Assembly (NCBI GenBank): GCA_021613535.1
Contig: CP075494.1
Span: forward strand, 3,472,001-3,536,000
Direction: 5' to 3'
DNA: 64,000 bases
Source: Adineta vaga
Lineage: Eukaryota; Animalia; Rotifera
Position numbers and translations under genes: made by a program. Below, piece after piece: positions 53,898 to 64,000 of the stretch. Numbering within the stretch: position 1 is the first letter of the stretch; each line of letters opens with the position of its first letter. The notes under the pieces are model-generated. The model made no database searches and had not been told where the DNA came from. It saw nothing but the letters and a program-made list of their open reading frames with translations.

Positions 53898-54873
53898 TCA
53901 AATAACGTTTTGAAGTGGATTTATTCGATTTTGTTTGTACGAACAGAACAATTGATTTTTAACATTTTGTCGAAAACGATTGGATGAAATCAAGAATGTG
54001 TAACAACTTCCCTAGAACAACAAAAAACAGACATAAAAATATCAAACAAAGAATCAATTAACATACAGCTGAATAAAAGTAGGTTATCATACTTATAACT
54101 GTGGATGTAAAATATTCTATCAATTATCGATCGAAATCTGTAGCAATTCCATCTGTAATCAAACTGTGAGTAGTATAGATACCATATGGAATGAGACTGA
54201 TAACAACAAGTACGACTTGAACAAAAGTCATTTTTACTAGTTGACGATCAGCACGTGATTTAACGAGAACTCTTGTTTGTCGAATATTATTATAAGTTAA
54301 CCATCCAAATAGAATCAGAATTGAGCATGGTATTGCACAAACTACACTAAGTAGATAAAATATAATATAATCATTGTAATTTAGATTCACGATTGTACAA
54401 GTGTTACTGAATGATTTAATATCATAGAAGATAAGAATAGGTATTCCATGTAAGCAACAGATTAGAATAGTCATAAGAATAATTCAATGAGCCCATTTTA
54501 TATCACTCAAAATTCGAATAGAAACACTTTTTGATGTCACTAAAAATTGATCAATTGTTGCTAAACATGAGCAACTCATCGCAATGAGTGTAGGTGTAAT
54601 AAGAAAATAGTATCGTAGTTTACATCCTGTACGAGACATGCTAGTTAAATCAATTCCATAGCTTACACTTAAAATACGAGCAGGAATATTAAATAGGAGA
54701 TAAAGCAAATTGTCGATTGATCCAATAAGAAAATAAAATGCGCAAGGATTTGTACGATACATAGGCGTTCTTGAAAATACTAAAATATTGATTCCGTTTC
54801 CAATAACACTAAAAATTAGAAAGAAAAAGCCAATGTATGTTGTAAATTGTTGAGCATCGTATATTAATGTCAT
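53898..54873 (-). pseudogene. Rhodopsin-like GPCR with two in-frame stops
   Basis: GNGINILVF, CKLRYY and LATIDQF motifs. TGA at 54484 and TAA at 54124 are in one frame. An intron at about 54012-54067 precedes the last exon (GSCYTFLISSNRFRQ). Confidence 0.85.
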
Positions 54874-55299
54874 GATGAGTTTTCTTAATGATCTTGTTAA
54901 AATAAAATGTATCAAAGAATGTAGATATGAGTATACAGGAATGATTGTATATCTCTGTTTTAGGAGAGAATACTAGGTACATGCCGCACCATTGTCTATA
55001 TAATCTATTGTTGTTAGTGATTATAGAAAATAATTAAAAAAACTCCTCCATATGATAATGAAGAAGAAGAAGATAAAACAATGTTGCCGAATGATAATAA
55101 TTTGAAAGAAAAGTTCAAAAATGTTTTTTTTTGTGATACTATTTTCGCATACTAAATCAAGAATTAATGAATGAACATGCGAGATAATTCTTAATAGAAA
55201 AACAAATTCATTTAAGCATATAATCAGATAAATAGTTTTCTTCTATTGCATCATCTTAATTCTCTCCTAGTTGATTGTTTCATAGAAGACGAAGCATAA

Positions 55300-57706
55300 A
55301 GAAGCACTGTTCTAGTCCAAATCGCCCTCAGGCTTCAGACACTACAATTACAAAGAAAACAATTTCACTTGAGATAATTTTTTTTCTAAATGTTAATATA
55401 TGTGGACATTGACGATGTACTTTCCAAAGTCATTCATTTGTATGTGCTATTACTTGATCTCGTGGATAAAAATGAAGCAATTGAAGAATTCTATCATGAA
55501 ATTGTTCTTCAAATAGATTTCTCGCCTGATAAATACGTAAAATAATGAATTAAATATTGAAATTAATAAATTATGATTTAGTCGTACCCGTTCTATACAA
55601 TCAAGAAAGTTTTTTGATTGTTTTATTGGAGTTATAAATAATTCTTTAAATTTTTCTAATGCTCATACAACTGTATGATCAATCACAAATGGCCAATTTG
55701 CAATACAATCCAATGGAACTAATGTATTGGTGGAATCGTCTGTTGACGAATAGCACTCCGTTAGAAATGGTATAATTACTTGAGTATTTGCTTTTACAGC
55801 TAATGTACCACTATAAACTAATGGCTTTCGATAATAAACACAACGATTATCGATATATTGATCTGAATAAAATCGAAAATAGGAGGAAGTACTTTCATAC
55901 AATACTTACGAGTTTTACGATTATTCGATGTATCAATAATACCATGTAATGATTCGAAAAAATGATCATTATAAATCTCTTCAGTTTTTAGTCCAAAATT
56001 TTCAACATAATCATTAATCGTTATATCTGAATTGATGATTTTGATTACTTCAGCTGCTACTTTGGATTTTATTTTCTAGGAAAAAAGAATCTTTCATGTA
56101 AATTTCCATTTTTAGTAACTTCTTACACCAATATCTGATGAACGATAAAGAAATTATCGATTTAAATTTGCCTTTTTTTATTAAACTTTCATCGGATAGA
56201 AAAATTAAGTTTTCTTTATGACATCCAATACCCATCGCAGCAAAGTTCTTCAATATTTCTCAACCGATAACACCTGCACCAATGTATATATATCTTTTTT
56301 ATTTAAAATAACGAATCTTACTAGAAAATATTTTGATCTCTCTAATTTCTCTTGAAAATCTTCACCAAAAACAATCTCCTGTGAATAATATCGAGATTTT
56401 CTTGTAGATAATGATAAATTCGATTGACTCATATTCTCCGGTAAACATTCAATTGCATCAAAATAAAGAAACTGTTTTATCGGCGTGAAATTTCCTGTTA
56501 TCGCTTTGATTATTTCTCGACTACTAATACCACCGATAACAGTTTGTATTGCACATAGATCTCCTTGACATGTTTTTGAGAATAATTCAATCCAACGTTT
56601 ATTTAACTCGTCGATTATCATTTTTAGACTTAGTTACTTGAAATAGTAAATGTAAATTCGCCGCATTGGACATTTTGGCAAAATCAAAACACAACATTTC
56701 AGGATTAAGTATTGAATCGGAAAAAGATCTCTAAACAGTCGAGATACATGTTTTGACGTCGATACGAGTGTCTACTTACGAAATTTATGACTTCTGATTT
56801 TTTTACTTGTGTTACTATTCCACCAATTTCATAAATATCAAAGATTCTTTTATCATTGATTTTAAATGTATCTTTAATTATCACAGATATCTCGAATTCT
56901 CGCATAATGAAATGTTACATATGAATGATCTTCAAAGCCATGTTTTGTATGTGTTACTATACGGTTATATAATACCTTCTTCATTCTAAATAAGAAAAAA
57001 AATGAAATAATCTATGAAATACTCATTTTGATATAATACATAATTAATATCACTAATCACTTGTGTTAAAGGATCTTCACCATTTGTATCATATGCGGTA
57101 AAATTCTCGCCAAAATCACAAAAGATTTGTCTAGAAAGAAATCGAAGAAAATCTTTCAAATATAATCTTCTTTATTTATCCAAATAAACCTTTCGTATTT
57201 GCATTAATAAATTTAATTCCATATTTATGACAATAATCTCCAATTTTAATTTGATCATCAAATGTTGCATTCGTCAACACACATACCTAGGAAAATTAAT
57301 TCAAAACAAGCAGAATAGAAGAAAGACTAATACATCCACTTTAGTTTTCTCTAGAAATTCTTCATTGACGATTTCAGATGCCCATGTAACATGAACATAA
57401 TCATTTAATTTCAATAATTTCTTATGAGCAATTTCAACTTGATTGCTGTCATCCACATTTATTAGAACTGATTTAACACCACATAAAATAATATTTTTCG
57501 CAATTTCAATTCCGAGTGTACTCGTGGCTGCTACAAGAACATGAGCATTGGTTAAATTAGACATGGCTGCTGATCCTACAGCATAACTAAAATCGATATT
57601 ATGAGATCATTGATTTATTATTGATTGAGAAAAAAAAGAATGTTTACAATTGTCGAGAATAATAATCTTCGTCGATTTCGCAAGATTTTATTGATGATGT
57701 CGACAT
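55300..57706 (-). pseudogene. UBA1: Divergent UBA1-like ubiquitin-activating enzyme (E1) pseudogene
   Basis: EIDEDYYSRQLY, LGIEIAKNIILCGVKSV, GNFTPIKQFLYFDAIECLP, GAGVIG*EILKN and YIDNRCVYYRKPL..TQVIIPFLTECYSS. Stops at 56260 and 55663. The C-terminal third is not found. Confidence 0.88.
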
Positions 57707-57906
57707 TGCAAATGGTTTTTTCCTTCTATAGGATAGCATAACAATAAACTCAATGTAATAATAATACGTTGAATATCAATTTGGTTAAATAGAATTTATT
57801 TTAAAAGAAGAAAAAACGGATAGGTTAAATAGTCAAGTATAAGAATGAAAAAGAAATGTATATGTTAAAATTTAAGAAAAATTTGAATAATTGAAAAATA
57901 AGAAGT

Positions 57907-60900
57907 TTATGCATTTTGAACAGGCTGATTGCCACCAAAAGCATCGAGATAAACATAACCTCGATGACCTGATTGTGAGCAATCGGCAGCAGCAACACTT
58001 AATACAAAATCATGACCTTTACGTGCAGGATCGATGGATAAATGTTCAACTTGCCACTGTGGTGTATAAAAATATGCACCAGATTGCTGAAAACGTCCAT
58101 CAACACCACCACCAGCATTATAACGAAGATCAATGAGTGCTTCATTAGTTGTAGCATCAGTTAATGTTATTATTACAAGAGAAGATTCAGCTGGGATATG
58201 TCCACCGTTTTCTAAAACAGCTAACCATGCGAAATAAATATCTGCACAAATAAAACCAGCTATTTTCTGAGTTATAAGTGATATATAACCGCCAGAAGTT
58301 AAATCTTCAACCCGCCATGAGTATGTTCCACTATAAACAATATTAGGCATTAGAGAAGTAAGAGTTGGATCTAGACCACTAGTAACTATCTTTGAATGTG
58401 TTGTAGCGATTACTGAATCATACTTATCACCATTTGGTAAATATCTTTGTGGATCTAATACATCTGAAGTTATAGATGAACGACTTCCACCACCAATAAT
58501 CCATCCATCCTGGTTTCCTCTTTCAAAATCACCATTAACAAAGTTTGAAGTAGACGCTGAGAGTCCTATAATATTCATAAACAATTCATATAGAGTTTTC
58601 TTCCATATCTACACACTTTTCTCTTCAATACTCATTCATCTCAAGAAAAAAACCTTTAAAAACAGCTCGACTTACTTGTACAAATACCACTAATACATTG
58701 AACAACATTACAACCATCAGCACAATCTGCATTTACTGTACATGCATTTCCTTCTGTACAAACTGGACATGTTGCACCACCACAATCAATACCTAATTCA
58801 TCTTGATTTTTGATTCCATCAATACATGTTGCTACGCGAAAAAAAGAAAAAAACTATTGAATGAATCTTTTGTTAATACTATAATATATTACCCCAGCAT
58901 ATTCCACCTGCACATGTCTTTCCAGCACAGTCCGCATCGTTCAAACAATTTTTCTTCTCAATACATTTCGTACATGTTGAACCACCACAATCAACATCAG
59001 TTTCTCCACCATTGAATAATCCATCCGTACATGATGGTGCTGTTTTAAACAAAAAGAAGCAAATCAATATTTTCGTCTTTTATGTTTCATAAATTCGAAT
59101 ATTTACGTTGACAAATATCATTGGTACAAAGAACATTGTTACAATCATTATTTTTATGACATTTTTTACCAGAAACACATTTCGGACATGTATTTCCTCC
59201 ACAATCAACGTCTGTTTCATCTCCATTCATAATATTATCCGTACATGATTTAACTATATAGAAGATTATTTTGTCTATTGAATTCGGTTCTCTGTTTTCT
59301 TACCTAAACAAACAGCATTATCACAATGACTACTTTTACAATCATTATTATTTCCACATTTCTTATTAGCATCACATGCAGGACATGTTGTACCACCACA
59401 ATCAATATCTGTTTCATCTGCATTTTTTAAACCATCAGCACATGTTGGTGCTTTAAGAAATCAAATATATTAATAATAAAAAACCATACTATTTTAAATT
59501 TACCTTGACATAAACTATTGGTACATAGAACATTGTCACAATCAAGATTCAATTCACATGTTTTACCGGTTATACATGGTGAACATTGAGTTCCACCACA
59601 ATCAATATCTGTTTCACCTTCATTTTTTTTATTATCAAAACAATCAGGTACTAAAAACAAACAATAAGATCGATCTTGTTTTTCTTCTTCAAAAACAAAT
59701 TCCTTTACCTGAACAAACACCACTTTGACAATTTTTACTCATACAATCGGAATCTAGTATACAATTCTTGTTACTATCACATGCATTACAAGTCGCACCT
59801 CCACAATCAACGTCGGTTTCAAGACCATTTTTCAATAAATCAAAACATGTTGGTTCTATAAGAGATAAAATGAAATTTAATCAATTATAAATATTTCTTT
59901 TACTTTGACAAACATCATTTGTACATAAAACGTCTTTACAATCTCGATTTAAATGACAAACTTCATTTGGATCACATTTTGGACAATACGTTCCTCCACA
60001 ATCAACATCTGTTTCATCGCCATTCATAATATTATCATCACATGATGGAACTAAAATAATAAAAATCTGTTTCAATCTTCCTTTTGAAATTAAGCAAATC
60101 ATATACTTGAACATATTCCATTTAAACAATGTTTACTTATACAATCACGATTAGTCAAACATTTCTTATTATTAATACATGGATAACAAACTGAACCACC
60201 ACAATCAACATCTGTTTCATCACCATTCATTAAATCATCAACACATGTTGCACCTACATTATACAAATCTTAGATTTGATTTTATTCGTTTCATTATCGA
60301 AACATACGTTGACATGTACTATTGATACAAAGTACATTTTTACAATCAGAATTCAAATCACATAATTGACCAGTTTCACATTTTGGACATAGGCCACCTC
60401 CACAATCCACATCTGTTTCTTTCATATTTTTGATTTGATCTTGACAATCCGGTACTAAATAAAATACATAGGAAATATATTTATTGATTATTCGATTAGA
60501 TCATTCAAATCAAATAAATACCTGAACAAATATAATTCTCACAAACTTGACTTTTACAATCACTACTTATTAAACATTTTTTATTATTATTACAAGGATA
60601 ACAATTCTTTCCACCACAATCAATATCAGTTTCATAATTATTTTCCAGACCATCAAAACATGTTGGTTCTAGAAAACAAAAATCAATCGTTTTGCTTTCA
60701 AATCAAATCACAGTTCAACATACTTTGACATGTACTATTCATACAAAGAACATTTTCACAATCACGATTTAATTTACATCGTTTATCAATTTGACATTTT
60801 AGACATTTTTGTCCTCCACAATCCACATCGGTTTCTCTACCATTTTTGATTCCATCATGACAATCAGGTGCTAAAGGAAATGCAATTGATTGATGAATTA

Positions 60901-63071
60901 ATAAAGAAAAAAATCTTTCGAATACCTGAACAAAATCCTCCATCACAATCTTTACTTAAACAATCACGATCTTTGAGACATTTCTTTTTATTATGACATG
61001 GAGAACATTTCATACCACCACAATCAACATCAGTTTCGTTTCCGTTTTCAAGTCCATCACTACATGTTGGTTCTAAGAAGAAAACAATTCATAGAAAAGA
61101 TTTTTTTTCCGAAAAAAAAACAAATTTACTTTGACAAATATCATCGGTGCAAAGAACATTGTTACAATCTCTATTTTCATGACATTTTTGACCTGACTGA
61201 CATTTTCGACAAGTATTTCCTCCACAATCGATATCAGTTTCTTTACCATTTTTGATTCCATCTTGACAATCAGGTGCTAAAAGAAATCAAACTGATTGAT
61301 GAATTAATGAAGAAGAAAATCTTTCGAATACCTGAACAAAATCCTCTTTCACAATCTTTACTTAAACAATCACGATCTTTGAGACATTTCTTTTTATTAT
61401 GACATGGAGAACATTTCATACCACCACAATCAATATCAGTTTCATCATAATTTCTTAATTGATCAAAACATGTTGGTTCTAAAAGGAAAATAATGATATC
61501 GATTTTAATAAAAACAACAAGAAACTTTACTTTGACATGTACTATTCGTGCAGAGAACATTATCACAATCTCGATTTAATCGACAAGTATCACCAAATGA
61601 ACATGTTGGACATTTTATGCCTCCACAATCAACATCTGTTTCATCATTATTCATTTTATCATCATCACAAGTTGCAGCTGAAATCAATAATTATTATTTT
61701 GTTTAATTAAAATCGAAGATCACATTTACCTAAGCATTTTTTATTCGAACAATGTTTACTTAAACAATCATCATCAATTGAACAATCTTTTCGATTTTCA
61801 CATGGTAAACAGCCTTCACCACCACAATCAACATCAGTTTCAGCCGCATTCTTTTTACCATCACAACATGTCGGCACTAGAAAATTCAAATGAAAATATC
61901 CTTTTTATCAAAAACAAAACACAGATTCATTTCGTTCGTCGAGGTTCTTAAACTTTCGCGTTTAACCTTTTCTTTCTATAAATGTTTGCGAAATGCGAAA
62001 AGGGAAAGGTAGTTGCGCGCAAGTTCTCTTTCATAAGCATACTTTTATAATAAGGTGAAGGTTGACGATAATTATTTTGAGAATATGATGACGAATCATC
62101 ATTATCATTTGATAAGTAATGATTTGTATGATATCCATCATCAAATATTCTTTTATGTGAATTAAAACTTGGAATATCCGAATCATGCACTATAAAATTA
62201 GAAAATATTTGTTTGAAAAAACAAAGAAGATAATGTTTACTTGGACCAAGATCATTCAATTTATCGAGATGAAAATTTCGTGAAATTTTTTGTCCATTAT
62301 TTGATAAACTAGCATATCCGGATTTGATTAAATCACCTAATGAATAACGTTTGCCATTTTGAGTTATCAATGAAGGAAAAACATAAACTAAATTCAATGA
62401 AAGATTTTATTTTTATTTTAATCAAGGAATTTGTTTACCATCATCGGATGAATAAATAATTGTTTGTAAATTACGTCGATCAGAAAATATTGGTAAAAAT
62501 GCTAAAGAGAAAATGTTTGTTTTTTTAATTCAATTTTGTATTACTCTTACGAGAGTCATGACGATCATATCGAACAAATGGATAACGAACTCGTTTGTAT
62601 GAAGATTTTCTATCATTGCTATTGGAATCACGAATATAAAAATTTAATGAACCCATTTCACTTCCTTCATCATACTATATGTAAAAGAATTTTTATCGAT
62701 TAAATATCTATCAAAATAAAAACTTACATTGGATGATTTGATATTTAGTAATTGATAATTATCTTTCGTCGAATCTATTTTTAAATAGAAAGATATATAC
62801 ATTTCTTTTATTTTCTTCATTTACTTCGATTTGTCAAATAACGATGAACAAATACTGTGAGAGGAATAAGACTGACTAGAACAGCAAATCCAATTAGAAT
62901 AAAAGGTTTTCTTGGAATCTTTGGACTTAGTGTGCTAAAAGATATTGAAAGCTATTGAAATAACAAAATAAGAACCGAAACCAACCGCGATGATAATATT
63001 TGTTGGTTTTTATTCGCCAATAATTTCTGTTGTTGTTCATCGTGCACAAATGTTATATCATCAGGCTCCAT
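57907..63071 (-). CDS. Type II membrane protein with 16 exon-encoded CxDGxxNxxETDVDCGG repeats and a C-terminal jelly-roll/CBM-like domain
   Basis: ATG at 63071, TM (FILIGFAVLVSLIPLTVFV), 16 repeat exons of about 147 nt between 58676 and 61878, and a last exon NFVNGDFERG..ADCSQSGHRGYVYLDAFGG. The 5' exons are approximate. Confidence 0.85.
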
Positions 63072-64000
63072 AACGACAAAGAGACTCTCTTTGAATATTG
63101 CTTAGAAAAGGAGATTTCATTGACTATTTATACGTCTAAACAGTAATACCAAAAATATCAAAAGTGAGAAAAACAAATGACTGATGATTATAAATCATCT
63201 GATATTTGTTTATTCATCAAAAATCAAAAGGTGTATTTGGGCCTAGTTCTTGACACTGAGCATTCATCAATTTTGATCGATTGTATTTATGGATGATTGA
63301 TAATATTTGTTTGATAATTTATCTATTCATAATATGACAGCTTCTGTTTTCTTTGTATTTATGCAATCATACCTATAGATATAGGTGCTTCGATTATTTT
63401 TTGATTACTAAGGGCATTTATGCCTCGTTTATTGTTATGAATATTTTTCCTATTGATCTAATCGAATACATATATTTTAAATCTTACAGAATTATCAGAT
63501 TTTAGTTGAAATTCACGTCTATGTCCAGGAAAAAAAATCATATATCTCTTTTTTTTCTTTAGGAACATTTGAAATATAAGAAAATAAATTATTTCAACGA
63601 TTAATTTCTCTTTTTGCCTCTCATATGGCGCAATTGATAGGAACAAAGGTAATATACGAGTAATAAAAGAGAATGTGAAATTTATTTGTGTAATTGTTAA
63701 AATAATAGGCAATGGAAATTAGTTATTGCAAAGAAAAGTTCCTGTTAAAAGTTAGAGGAAGAAAACATGATCAAAATCGAAGTTTACATTGTTCATCAAA
63801 TTATTTCGATTGAGTTCTTATCCAACAGAATGAAATCCAGATATTAATTTATGGTAAATAAGTGGACATCCGACATCATCGAATATGCTTGTTCGATGTC
63901 ATCATTTTTTAACAGAAAATAGATTCTTATTGATCAAATGAGTATATGAACTCAACTGAAGAAAGCAAAATGTAAAATAAAATAATGTTGTCTCGAAATC

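Noticed and set aside
2218-54873. Alternative genetic code or selenocysteine to explain the in-frame stops
   Set aside because: TGA, TAG and TAA all occur, they replace different residues, they co-occur with frameshifts, and intact genes terminate normally.
58676-61878. Regularly spaced ccaccacaatcaacatc motifs resembling a CRISPR array
   Set aside because: They encode DVDCGG in repeated exons, vary at synonymous sites, have a period of about 200 nt, and there are no cas genes.
1-64000. Prokaryotic origin or contamination, operons, rRNA/tRNA genes, autonomous transposons
   Set aside because: Spliceosomal introns occur throughout, including in the bacterial-looking genes. No rRNA, tRNA, transposase or reverse transcriptase motifs were recognised by eye.

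Overview
AT-rich (roughly 70% by eye) eukaryotic DNA with short (about 45-70 nt) GT-AG introns. The gene repertoire (NHL, kelch, TPR, F-box/LRR, LDLa-EGF-GPCR, WWE-ART, fungal-like MFS and CBM19, bacterial-like domains) and TGTGGG/TGAGGG-like motifs point to a bdelloid rotifer (inference). It reads as a fast-turnover accessory region. About a dozen genes look intact and a similar number are disrupted (kelch, WWE-ART, CBM19 peptide, both MFS copies, two GPCRs, three F-box genes, catalase, TPR, UBA1-like). It also holds an old tandem duplication with a near-identical core, a three-copy mosaic 4TM family, and MITE-like elements. The two strongest novel signals are (1) an intact four-exon gene (48776-50577, minus) fusing an Mrr-like PD-(D/E)XK restriction-endonuclease domain to ten DGxxDMR repeats, and (2) about 15 dispersed short hairpins built from telomere-like repeats with a shared loop. 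Exon boundaries were read by eye, and family calls rest on motif recognition, not database searches.
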